Made by a program: the position numbers and the translations under genes
The notes under the pieces: model-generated
Databases searched by the model: none
What the model saw: only the letters and a program-made list of their open reading frames with translations
Told to the model about the DNA's origin: nothing
Shown: positions 1-12,500 of the stretch, piece after piece
Numbering within the stretch: position 1 is the stretch's first letter
How the letters are laid out: every line of letters begins with the position of its first letter
Assembly (NCBI GenBank): GCA_032718475.1
Contig: JAUCBJ010005307.1
Location: forward strand, 1 to 64,000
Origin: Nemertoderma westbladi
Lineage: Eukaryota > Animalia > Xenacoelomorpha
DNA: 64,000 nt
Direction of reading: 5' to 3'

Positions 1-500
1 AGATTTGGTGTCCTCAGCAGTTAGAGCCCAGCATGGACTCCCGTAGAGGAGTACTGGAACTACTGCTGCTCTAAATAATCGGACCTTAAGTTTCCGATTA
101 ATTCTCGGTGACTTCCAAATCCTGGAAAGCCTATTCAAGGCTGCCCATGCCTTTCCCTTACGTATTCGAAGGTCCTCACCTGACTTCCGGATCCATGATC
201 CCAGGTAACAGAAGTCGTCCACATGCTCAAGCATACCATCCTTTGAGCTTATGCTCATCCGATCAGAGACTTGCTGAGGACTTTCAAAGTTAACTGTCAG
301 AATTTTGGTCTTTCTGGAGTTAATAAAAAGACCAACACTAGAAGCAGCATGTTCTAATGAGCTGAGGAGCCGTTGGGCTCCCTCTAATGATTCTGAGAGT
401 ACTCCTAAGTCATCAGCAAAGTCTAGATCAGTTAGGTACTTGGCAGGATTTCCTCGACTTCTGGAGCCAGTAGGTGGAGTTATCATCACCCCATCATCAA
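1..500 (-). mobile_element. Non-LTR retrotransposon (LINE), RTE-clade-like; apparently 5'-truncated copy continuing beyond the left edge of the window
   Basis: Manual minus-strand translation gives GVMITPPTGSRSRGNPAKYLTDLDFADDLGVLSESLEGAQRLLSSLEHAASSVGLFINSRKTKILTVN...LEHVDDFCYLGSWIRKSGEDLRIRKGKAWAALNRLSRIWKSPRINRKLKVRLFRAAVVPVLLYGSPCWALTAEDTKS. Motif positions: catalytic FADD at 420-409, GLxINxxKTK at 333-304, YLG at 207-199, LLYG(S)xxW at 51-28. This order and spacing match non-LTR RT domains 5-7 plus the thumb. The DLDFADD and LLYGSxxWxLT signatures are typical of RTE-like elements. The right boundary is approximate. Confidence 0.9.
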
Positions 501-534
501 GATGCAAGATGGTCGCAAGTAGCAGGTGGACCAT
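1..534 (-). CDS. Partial reverse transcriptase reading frame (C-terminal part of RT plus thumb) of the LINE; probably a non-functional truncated copy
   Basis: The frame is stop-free from 612 down to 1, bounded upstream by an in-frame TAA at 615-613. The first in-frame ATG is at 534-532 but is not expected to be a true start. No clear QG (RT domain 4) motif or endonuclease domain lies upstream, so the N-terminal part of the ORF is missing. Confidence 0.65.
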   Translation of the reverse strand, partial: MVHLLLATILHLDDGVMITPPTGSRSRGNPAKYLTDLDFADDLGVLSESLEGAQRLLSSLEHAASSVGLFINSRKTKILTVNFESPQQVSDRMSISSKDGMLEHVDDFCYLGSWIRKSGEDLRIRKGKAWAALNRLSRIWKSPRINRKLKVRLFRAAVVPVLLYGSPCWALTAEDTKS

Positions 535-3500
535 ATTCCTTTTCGTAAGAAATTCAGGAGCTCTGCATAAATCTGTACATGACTTACTTGTCACTCCTTC
601 ACCACGATCGTCTTATTGTGGCTAAGGAAAAAGCTGAGTGCTAGTCGATGCTCTGCCTTCCTACAGCATGGTTGGTCCTCTCTGTTGCACCTGCCCTGTT
701 AGAAATCAGCCTCACTCTAGACATTTAACATGTATGACTACCTTTCTTCTGAGGTAGCAGATCACTGCGAGGGCTATCTATACATTCTTACCAGAAGAGG
801 CAGTTACGGCAACATATGCAGAAACTGTTCATATCAACCAGTAGGTCTACAGGGGCATATCAATCAGTAGGTCTACAGGAGCATATCAATCAGTAGGTCA
901 ACAGGAGCATATCAATCAGTAGGTCTACAGGAGCATATCAATCAGTAGGTCTACAGGAGCATATCAATCAGTAGGTCTACAGGAGCATATCAATCAGTAG
1001 GTCTACAGGAGCATATCAATCAGTAGGTCTACAGGAGCATATCAATCAGTAGGTCTACAGGAGCATATCAACAATAAGTAGATCTACAGAAGCATATCAA
1101 TCAGTAGGTCTACAGGAGCATATCAATCAGTAGGTCTACAAGAGCATATCAATCAGTAGGTCTACAGGAGCATATCAATCAGTAGGTCTACAGGAGCATA
1201 TCAATCAGTAGGTCTACAAGAGCATATCAATCAGTAGGTCTACAGGAGCATATCAATCAGTAGGTCTACAAGAGCATATCAATCAGTAGGTCTACAGGAG
1301 CATATCAATCAGTAGGTCTACAGGTGCATATCAATCAGTAGGTCTACAGGAGCATATCAATCAGTAGGTCTACAGGAGCATATCAATCAGTAGGTCTACA
1401 GGAGCATATCAATCAGTAGTTCTAAAGGGAGCATATCAATCAGTAGGTCTACAGGAGCATATCAGTCAGTAGGTCTACAGGAGCATATAAATCAGTAGGT
1501 CTACAGGAGCATATCAATCAGTAGGTCTACAGGAGCATATCAATCAGTAGGTCTACAGGTGCATATCAATCAGTAGGTCTACAGGAGCATATCAATCAGT
1601 AGGTCTACAGGAGCATATCAATCAGTAGTTCTAAAGGGAGCATATCAATCAGTAGGTCTACAGGAGCATATCAATCAGTAGGTCTACAGGAGCATATCAA
1701 TCAGTAGGTCTACAGGTGCATATCAATCAGTAGGTCTACAGGAGCATATCAATCAGTAGGTCTACAGGAGCATATCAATCAGTAGGTCTACAGGAGCATA
1801 TCAACAATAAGTAGATCTACAGAAGCATATCAATCAGTAGGTCTACAGGAGCATATCAATCAGTAGGTCTACAAGAGCATATCAATCAGTAGGTCTACAG
1901 GAACATATCAATCAGTAGGTCTACAAGAGCATATCAATCAGTAGGTCTACAGGAGCATATCAACAATAAGTAGATCTACAGAAGCATATCAATCAGTAGG
2001 TCTACAGGAGCATATCAATCAGTAGGTCTACAAGAGCATATCAATCAGTAGGTCTACAGGAGCATATCAATCAGTAGGTCTACAGGAGCATATCGATCAG
2101 TAGGTCTACAGGAGCATATCAATCAGTAGGTCTACAGGAGCATATCAATCAGTAGGTCTACAGGAGCATATCAACAATAAGTAGATCTACAGAAGCATAT
2201 CAATCAGTAGGTCTACAGGAGCATATCAATCAGTAGGTCTACAAGAGCATATCAATCAGTAGGTCTACAGGAGCATATCAATCAGTAGGTCTACAGGAGC
2301 ATATCAATCAGTAGGTCTACAGGAGCATATCAACAATAAGTAGATCTACAGAAGCATATCAATCAGTAGGTCTACAGGAGCATATCAATCAGTAGGTCTA
2401 CAAGAGCATATCAATCAGTAGGTCTACAGGAGCATATCAATCAGTAGGTCTACAGGAGCATATCAATCAGTAGATCTACAGAAGCATATCAATCAGTAGG
2501 TCTACAGGAGCATATCAATCAGTAGGTCTACAGGAGCATATCAATCAGTAGGTCTACAGGAGCATATCAATCAGTAGGTCTACAGGAGCATATCAATCAG
2601 TAGGTCTACAGGAGCATATCAATCAGTAGGTCTACAGGAGCATATCAATCAGTAGGTCTACAAGAGCATATCAATCAGTAGGTTTACAGGAGCATATCAA
2701 TCAGTAGGTCTACAGGAGCATATCAATCAGTAGGTCTACAGGAGCATATCGATCAGTAGGTCTACAGGAGCATATCAATCAGTAGGTCTACAGGAGCATA
2801 TCAATCAGTAGGTCTACAGGAGCATATCAATCAGTAGGTCTACAGGAGCATATCAATCAGTAGATATACAGGAGCATATCAATCAGTAGGTCTACAGGAG
2901 CATATCAATCAGTAGGTCTACAGGAGCATATCAATCAGTAGGTCTACAGGAGCATATCAATCAGTAGGTCTACAGGAGCATATCAATCAGTAGGTCTACA
3001 GGAGCATATCAATCAGTAGGTCTACAGGAGCATATCAATCAGTAGGTCTACAGGAGCATATCAATCAGTAGGTCTACAGGAGCATATCAATCAGTAGGTC
3101 TACAGGAGCATATCAATCAGTAGGTCTACAGGAGCATATCAATCAGTAGGTCTACAGGAGCATATCAATCAGTAGGTCTACAGGAGCATATCAATCAGTA
3201 GGTCTACAGGAGCATATCAATCAGTAGGTCTACAGGAGCATATCAATCAGTAGGTCTACAGGAGCATATCAATCAGTAGGTCTACAGGAGCATATCAATC
3301 AGTAGGTCTACAGGAGCATATCAATCAGTAGGTCTACAGGAGCATATCAGTCAGTAGGTCTACAAGAGCATATCAATCAGTAGGTCTACAGGAGCATATC
3401 AATCAGTAGGTCTACAGGAGCATATCAATCAGTAGGTCTACAGGAGCATATCAATCAGTAGGTCTACAGGAGCATATCAATCAGTAGGTCTACAGGAGCA

Positions 3501-6500
3501 TATCAATCAGTAGGTCTACAGGAGCATATCAACAATAAGTAGATCTACAGAAGCATATCAATCAGTAGGTCTACAGGAGCATATCAATCAGTAGGTCTAC
3601 AAGAGCATATCAATCAGTAGGTCTACAGGAGCATATCAATCAGTAGGTCTACAGGAGCATATCAATCAGTAGGTCTACAGGAGCATATCAACAATAAGTA
3701 GATCTACAGAAGCATATCAATCAGTAGGTCTACAGGAGCATATCAATCAGTAGGTCTACAAGAGCATATCAATCAGTAGGTCTACAGGAGCATATCAATC
3801 AGTAGGTCTACAGGAGCATATCAATCAGTAGGTCTACAGGAGCATATCAATCAGTAGGTCTACAGGAGCATATCAATCAGTAGGTCTACAGGAGCATATC
3901 AATCAGTAGGTCTACAGGAGCATATCAATCAGTAGGTCTACAGGAGCATATCAATCAGTAGGTCTACAGGAGCATATCAATCAGTAGGTCTACAGGAGCA
4001 TATCAATCAGTAGGTCTACAGGAGCATATCAATCAGTAGATCTACAAGAGCATATCAATCAGTAGGTCTACAGGAGCATATCAATCAGTAGGTCTACAAG
4101 AGCATATCAATCAGTAGGTCTACAGGAGCATATCAATCAGTAGGTCTACAGGAGCATATCAACAATAAGTAGATCTACAGGAGCATATCAATCAGTAGGT
4201 CTACAGGAGCATATCAATCAGTAGGTCTACAGGAGCATATCAATCAGTAGGTCTACAGGAGCATATCAGTCAGTAGGTCTACAAGAGCATATCAATCAGT
4301 AGGTCTACAGGAGCATATCAATCAGTAGGTCTACAGGAGCATATCAATCAGTAGGTCTACAGGAGCATATCAATCAGTAGGTCTACAGGAGCATATCAAT
4401 CAGTAGGTCTACAGGAGCATATCAACAATAAGTAGATCTACAGAAGCATATCAATCAGTAGGTCTACAGGAGCATATCAATCAGTAGGTCTACAGGAGCA
4501 TATCAATCAGTAGGTCTACAGGAGCATATCAATCAGTAGGTCTACAGGAGCATATCAATCAGTAGGTCTACAGGAGCATATCAGTCAGTAGGTCTACAGG
4601 AGCATATAAATCATTAGGTCTACAGGAGCATATCAATCAGTAGGTCTACAGGAGCATATCAATCAGTAGGTCTACAGGAGCATATCAATCAGTAGGTCTA
4701 CAAGAGCATATCAATCAGTAGGTCTACAGGAGCATATCAATCAGTAGGTCTACAGGAGCATATCAATCAGTAGGTCTACAGGAGCATATCAATCAGTAGG
4801 TCTACAGGAGCATATCAACAATAAGTAGATCTACAGAAGCATATCAATCAGTAGGTCTACAGGAGCATATCAATCAGTAGGTCTACAGGAGCATATCAAT
4901 CAGTAGGTCTACAGGAGCATATCAATCAGTAGGTCTACAGGAGCATATCAATCAGTAGGTCTACAGGAGCATATCAGTCAGTAGGTCTACAGGAGCATAT
5001 AAATCATTAGGTCTACAGGAGCATATCAATCAGTAGGTCTACAGGAGCATATCAATCAGTAGGTCTACAGGAGCATATCAATCAGTAGGTCTACAGGAGC
5101 ATATCAACAATAAGTAGATCTACAGAAGCATATCAATCAGTAGGTCTACAGGAGCATATCAATCAGTAGGTCTACAGGAGCATATCAATCAGTAGGTCTA
5201 CAGGAGCATATCAATCAGTAGGTCTACAGGAGCATATCAATCAGTAGGTCTACAGGAGCATATCAACAATAAGTAGGTCTACAGGAGCATATCAATCAGT
5301 AGGTCTACAGGAGCATATCAATCAGTAGTTCTACAGGAGCATATCAACAATAAGTAGGTCTACAGGAGCATATCAATCAGTAGGTCTACAAGAGCATATC
5401 AATCAGTAGGTCTACAGGAACATATCAATCAGTTGGTCTACAGGAGCATATCAATCAGTAGGTCTACAGGAGCATATCAATCAGTAGGTCTACAGGAGCA
5501 TATCAATCAGTAGGTCTACAGGAGCATATCAATCAGTAGGTCTACAGGAGCATATCAATCAGTAGGTCTACAGGAGCATATCAATCAGTAGGTCTACAGG
5601 AGCATATAAATCAGTAGATCTACAGGAACATATCAATCAGTAGATATACAGGAACATATCAATCAGTAGGTTTACAGGAGCATATCAATCAGTAGGTCTA
5701 CAGGAGCATATCAATCAGTAGGTTTACAGGAGCATATCAATCAGTAGGTCTACAGGAGCATATAAATCAGTAGGTCTACAGGAGCATATCAATCAGTAGG
5801 TCTACAGGAGCATATAAATCAGTAGATATACAGGAACATATCAATCAGTAGGTTTACAGGAGCATATCAATCAGTAGGTCTACAGGAGCATATCAATCAG
5901 TAGGTCTACAGGAGCATATCAGTCAGTAGGTCTACAGGAACATATCAATCAGTAGGTCTACAGGAGCATATCAATCAGTAGGTCTACAGGAGCATATAAA
6001 TCAGTAGATATACAGGAACATATCAATCAGTAGGTTTACAGGAGCATATCAATCAGTAGGTCTACAGGAGCATATCAATCAGTAGGTCTACAGGAACATA
6101 TCAATCAGTAGGTCTACAGGAGCATATCAATCAGTAGGTCTACAGGAGCATATAAATCAGTAGATATACAGGAACATATCAATCAGTAGGTTTACAGGAG
6201 CATATCAATCAGTAGGTCTACAGGAGCATATCAATCAGTAGGTCTACAGGAGCATATCAGTCAGTAGGTCTACAAGAGCATATCAATCAGTAGGTCTACA
6301 GGAGCATATCAATCAGTAGGTCAACAGGAGCATATCAATTAGTAGGTCTACAGGAGCATATCAATCAGTAGGTCTACAGGAGCATATCAATCAGTAGGTC
6401 TACAGGAGCATATAAATCAGTAGGTCTACAAGAGCATATGAATCAGTAGATCTACAGGAGCATATCAATCAGTAGGTCTACAGGAGCATATCAATCAGTA

Positions 6501-9500
6501 GGTCTACAGGAGCATATCAATCAGTAGGTCTACAGGAGCATATCAGTCAGTAGGTCTACAAGAGCATATCAATCAGTAGGTCTACAGGAGCATATCAATC
6601 AGTAGGTCTACAAGAGCATATGAATCAGTAGATCTACAGGAGCATATCAATCAGTAGGTCTACAGGAGCATATCAGTCAGTAGGTCTACAAGAGCATATC
6701 AATCAGTAGGTCTACAGGAGCATATCAATCAGTAGGTCTACAGGAGCATATCAATCAGTAGGTCTACAGGAGCATATCAATCAGTAGGTCTACAGGAGCA
6801 TATCAGTCAGTAGGTCTACAAGAGCATATCAATCAGTAGGTCTACAGGAGCATATCAATCAGTAGGTCTACAAGAGCATATCAATCAGTAGATCTACAGG
6901 AGCATATCAATCAGTAGGTCTACAGGAGCATATCAGTCAGTAGGTCTACAAGAGCATATCAATCAGTAGGTCTACAGGAGCATATCAATCAGTAGGTCTA
7001 CAAGAGCATATGAATCAGTAGATCTACAGGAGCATATCAATCAGTAGGTCTACAGGAGCATATCAGTCAGTAGGTCTACAAGAGCATATCAATCAGTAGG
7101 TCTACAGGAGCATATCAATCAGTAGGTCTACAGGAGCATATCAATTAGTAGGTCTACAGGAGCATATCAATCAGTAGGTCTACAGGAGCATATCAATCAG
7201 TAGGTCTACAGGAGCATATCAATCAGTAGGTCTACAAGAGCATATGAATCAGTAGATCTACAGGAGCATATCAATCAGTAGGTCTACAGGAGCATATCAA
7301 TCAGTAGGTCTACAGGAGCATATCAATCAGTAGGTCTACAGGAGCATATCAGTCAGTAGGTCTACAAGAGCATATCAATCAGTAGGTCTACAGGAGCATA
7401 TCAATCAGTAGGTCTACAAGAGCATATGAATCAGTAGATCTACAGGAGCATATCAATCAGTAGGTCTACAAGAGCATATCAATCAGTAGATCTACAGGAG
7501 CATATCAATCAGTAGGTCTACAGGAGCATATCAGTCAGTAGGTCTACAAGAGCATATCAATCAGTAGGTCTACAGGAGCATATCAATCAGTAGGTCTACA
7601 GGAGCATATCAATCAGTAGGTCTACAGGAGCATATCAATCAGTAGGTCTACAGGAGCATATCAATCAGTAGGTCTACAGGAGCATATCAATCAGTAGGTC
7701 TACAGGAGCATATCAATCAGTAGATCTACAAGAGCATATCAGTCAGTAGGTCTACAGGAGCATATCAATCAGTAGATCTACAAGAGCATATCAATCAGTA
7801 GGTCTACAGGAGCATATCAATCAGTAGGTCTACAGGAGCATATCAATCAGTAGGTCTACAGGAGCATATCAGTCAGTAGGTCTACAGGAGCATATCAATC
7901 AGTAGGTCTACAGGAGCATATCAATCAGTAGGTCTACAGGAGCATATCAATCAGTAGGTCTACAGGAGCATATCAATCAGTAGGTCTACAGGAGCATATC
8001 AATCAGTAGGTCTACAAGAGCATATGAATCAGTAGATCTACAGGAGCATATCAATCAGTAGGTCTACAGGAGCATATCAATCAGTAGGTCTACAGGAGCA
8101 TATCAGTCAGTAGGTCTACAGGAGCATATCAATCAGTAGGTCTACAGGAGCATATCAATCAGTAGGTCTACAGGAGCATATCAATCAGTAGGTCTACAGG
8201 AGCATATCAATCAGTAGGTCTACAGGAGCATATCAGTCAGTAGGTCTACAAGAGCATATCAATCAGTAGATCTACAAGAGCATATCAATCAGTAGGTCTA
8301 CAGGAGCATATCAATCAGTAGGTCTACAGGAGCATATCAATCAGTAGGTCTACAGGAGCATATCAATCAGTAGGTCTACAGGAGCATATCAATCAGTAGG
8401 TCTACAGGAGCATATCAATCAGTAGGTCTACAGGAGCATATCAATCAGTAGGTCTACAGGAGCATATCAATCAGTAGGTCTACAGGAGCATATCAATCAG
8501 TAGGTCTACAGGAGCATATCAATCAGTAGGTCTACAGGAGCATATCACATCAGTAGGTCTACAGGAGCATATCAATCAGTAGGTCTACAGGAGCATATCA
8601 ACAATCAGTAGATCTACAGGAGCATATCAATCAGTAGGTCTACAGGAGCATATCAGTCAGTAGGTCTACAGGAGCATATCAATCAGTAGGTCTACAGGAG
8701 CATATCAACAATAAGTAGATCTACAGGAGCATATCAATCAGTAGGTCTACAGGAGCATATCAGTCAGTAGGTCTACAGGAGCATATCAATCAGTAGGTCT
8801 ACAGGAGCATATCAATCAGTAGGTCTACAGGAGCATATCAACATCAGTAGGTCTACAGGAGCATATCAATCAGTAGGTCTACAGGAGCATATCAGTCAGT
8901 AGGTCTACAGGAGCATATCACATCAGTAGGTCTACAGGAGCATATCAATCAGTAGGTCTACAGGAGCATATCAGTCAGTAGGTCTACAGGAGCATATCAA
9001 TCAGTAGGTCTACAGGAGCATATCAATCAGTAGGTCTACAGGAGCATATCAATCAGTAGGTCTACAGGAGCATATCAATCAGTAGGTCTACAGGAGCATA
9101 TCAATCAGTAGGTCTACAGGAGCATATCAATCAGTAGGTCTACAGGAGCATATCAATCAGTAGGTCTACAGGAGCATATCAATCAGTAGGTCTACAGGAG
9201 CATATCAGTCAGTAGGTCTACAGGAGCATATCAATCAGTAGGTCTACAGGAGCATATCAATCAGTAGGTCTACAGGAGCATATCAATCAGTAGGTCTACA
9301 GGAGCATATCAATCAGTAGGTCTACAGGAGCATATCAATCAGTAGGTCTACAGGAGCATATCAGTCAGTAGGTCTACAGGAGCATATCAGTCAGTAGGTC
9401 TACAGGAGCATATCAATCAGTAGGTCTACAGGAGCATATCAATCAGTAGGTCTACAGGAGCATATCAATCAGTAGGTCTACAGGAGCATATCAATCAGTA

Positions 9501-12500
9501 GGTCTACAGGAGCATATCAATCAGTAGGTCTACAGGAGCATATCAGTCAGTAGGTCTACAGGAGCATATCAGTCAGTAGGTCTACAGGAGCATATCAATC
9601 AGTAGGTCTACAGGAGCATATCAATCAGTAGGTCTACAGGAGCATATCAATCAGTAGGTCTACAGGAGCATATCAATCAGTAGGTCTACAGGAGCATATC
9701 AGTCAGTAGGTCTACAGGAGCATATCAATCAGTAGGTCTACAGGAGCATATCAATCAGTAGGTCTACAGGAGCATATCAATCAGTAGGTCTACAGGAGCA
9801 TATCAATCAGTAGGTCTACAGGAGCATATCAATCAGTAGGTCTACAGGAGCATATCAATCAGTAGGTCTACAGGAGCATATCAGTCAGTAGGTCTACAAG
9901 AGCATATCAATCAGTAGATCTACAAGAGCATATCAATCAGTAGGTCTACAGGAGCATATCAATCAGTAGGTCTACAGGAGCATATCAATCAGTAGGTCTA
10001 CAGGAGCATATCAATCAGTAGGTCTACAGGAGCATATCAGTCAGTAGGTCTACAGGAGCATATCAATCAGTAGGTCTACAGGAGCATATCAATCAGTAGG
10101 TCTACAGGAGCATATCAATCAGTAGGTCTACAGGAGCATATCAATCAGTAGGTCTACAGGAGCATATCAATCAGTAGGTCTACAGGAGCATATCAATCAG
10201 TAGGTCTACAGGAGCATATCAATCAGTAGGTCTACAGGAGCATATCAATCAGTAGGTCTACAGGAGCATATCAATCAGTAGGTCTACAGGAGCATATCAA
10301 TCAGTAGGTCTACAGGAGCATATCAATCAGTAGGTCTACAGGAGCATATCAATCAGTAGGTCTACAGGAGCATATCAATCAGTAGGTCTACAGGAGCATA
10401 TCAATCAGTAGGTCTACAGGAGCATATCAATCAGTAGGTCTACAGGAGCATATCAATCAGTAGGTCTACAGGAGCATATCAATCAGTAGGTCTACAGGAG
10501 CATATCAATCAGTAGGTCTACAGGAGCATATCAATCAGTAGGTCTACAGGAGCATATCAATCAGTAGGTCTACAGGAGCATATCAATCAGTAGGTCTACA
10601 GGAGCATATCAATCAGTAGGTCTACAGGAGCATATCAATCAGTAGGTCTACAGGAGCATATCAATCAGTAGGTCTACAGGAGCATATCAATCAGTAGGTC
10701 TACAGGAGCATATCAATCAGTAGGTCTACAGGAGCATATCAATCAGTAGGTCTACAGGAGCATATCAATCAGTAGGTCTACAGGAGCATATCAATCAGTA
10801 GGTCTACAGGAGCATATCAGTCAGTAGGTCTACAGGAGCATATCAATCAGTAGGTCTACAGGAGCATATCAATCAGTAGGTCTACAGGAGCATATCAATC
10901 AGTAGGTCTACAGGAGCATATCAATCAGTAGGTCTACAGGAGCATATCAATCAGTAGGTCTACAGGAGCATATCAATCAGTAGGTCTACAGGAGCATATC
11001 AATCAGTAGGTCTACAGGAGCATATCAATCAGTAGGTCTACAGGAGCATATCAATCAGTAGGTCTACAGGAGCATATCAATCAGTAGGTCTACAGGAGCA
11101 TATCAATCAGTAGGTCTACAGGAGCATATCAATCAGTAGGTCTACAGGAGCATATCAATCAGTAGGTCTACAGGAGCATATCAATCAGTAGGTCTACAGG
11201 AGCATATCAATCAGTAGGTCTACAGGAGCATATCAATCAGTAGGTCTACAGGAGCATATCAATCAGTAGGTCTACAGGAGCATATCAATCAGTAGGTCTA
11301 CAGGAGCATATCAATCAGTAGGTCTACAGGAGCATATCAATCAGTAGGTCTACAGGAGCATATCAATCAGTAGGTCTACAGGAGCATATCAGTCAGTAGG
11401 TCTACAGGAGCATATCAATCAGTAGGTCTACAGGAGCATATCAATCAGTAGGTCTACAGGAGCATATCAATCAGTAGGTCTACAGGAGCATATCAATCAG
11501 TAGGTCTACAGGAGCATATCAATCAGTAGGTCTACAGGAGCATATCAATCAGTAGGTCTACAGGAGCATATCAATCAGTAGGTCTACAGGAGCATATCAA
11601 TCAGTAGGTCTACAGGAGCATATCAGTCAGTAGGTCTACAGGAGCATATCAATCAGTAGGTCTACAGGAGCATATCAATCAGTAGGTCTACAGGAGCATA
11701 TCAATCAGTAGGTCTACAGGAGCATATCAGTCAGTAGGTCTACAGGAGCATATCAATCAGTAGGTCTACAGGAGCATATCAATCAGTAGGTCTACAGGAG
11801 CATATCAATCAGTAGGTCTACAGGAGCATATCAGTCAGTAGGTCTACAGGAGCATATCAATCAGTAGGTCTACAGGAGCATATCAATCAGTAGGTCTACA
11901 GGAGCATATCAATCAGTAGGTCTACAGGAGCATATCAGTCAGTAGGTCTACAGGAGCATATCAATCAGTAGGTCTACAGGAGCATATCAATCAGTAGGTC
12001 TACAGGAGCATATCAATCAGTAGGTCTACAGGAGCATATCAATCAGTAGGTCTACAGGAGCATATCAGTCAGTAGGTCTACAGGAGCATATCAATCAGTA
12101 GGTCTACAGGAGCATATCAATCAGTAGGTCTACAGGAGCATATCAATCAGTAGGTCTACAGGAGCATATCAATCAGTAGGTCTACAGGAGCATATCAATC
12201 AGTAGGTCTACAGGAGCATATCAATCAGTAGGTCTACAGGAGCATATCAATCAGTAGGTCTACAGGAGCATATCAATCAGTAGATCTACAGGAGCATATC
12301 AATCAGTAGGTCTACAGGAGCATATCAATCAGTAGGTCTACAGGAGCATATCAGTCAGTAGGTCTACAGGAGCATATCAATCAGTAGGTCTACAGGAGCA
12401 TATCAGTCAGTAGGTCTACAGGAGCATATCAATCAGTAGGTCTACAGGAGCATATCAGTCAGTAGGTCTACAGGAGCATATCAATCAGTAGGTCTACAGG

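Noticed and set aside
76-100. 8-bp inverted repeat TAATCGGA...TCCGATTA
   Set aside because: It lies inside RT coding sequence, has no terminator context, and is compatible with chance.
108-293. 61-aa + strand ORF from the track
   Set aside because: It starts at GTG, has no recognisable motif, and lies antisense to the clear RT frame, so it is a shadow ORF.
535-600. Possible degenerate RT domain 4 in the upstream open frame (EGVTSKSCTDLCRAPEFL)
   Set aside because: The spacing is roughly right for GVxQG...APxLF, but the QG core is absent and similarity is too weak to call without an alignment.
305-625. 106-aa + strand ORF from the track
   Set aside because: It starts at TTG, has no recognisable domain, and overlaps the RT catalytic region on the opposite strand.
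738-829. Short hairpin CTACCT...AGGTAG and satellite-like words (AACATATG, CAGAAAC) just upstream of the array
   Set aside because: These are 6-8 bp matches without 26-bp phasing, insufficient to call degenerate monomers or a regulatory structure.
865-890. Monomer as an ancient dimer of CAGTAG... and CAGGAG... halves
   Set aside because: Only 5 of 6 bases match and the halves are unequal (11 and 15 bp), so this is suggestive but not supportable.
1-910. Functional RT-plus-repeat-array system (retron, DGR or DRT-like, or an RT that writes the array)
   Set aside because: The RT is a truncated LINE-type fragment pointing away from the array, so the array is not its 3' tail. No template copy of the 26-mer lies in it. 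Adjacency alone is not evidence of a functional link.
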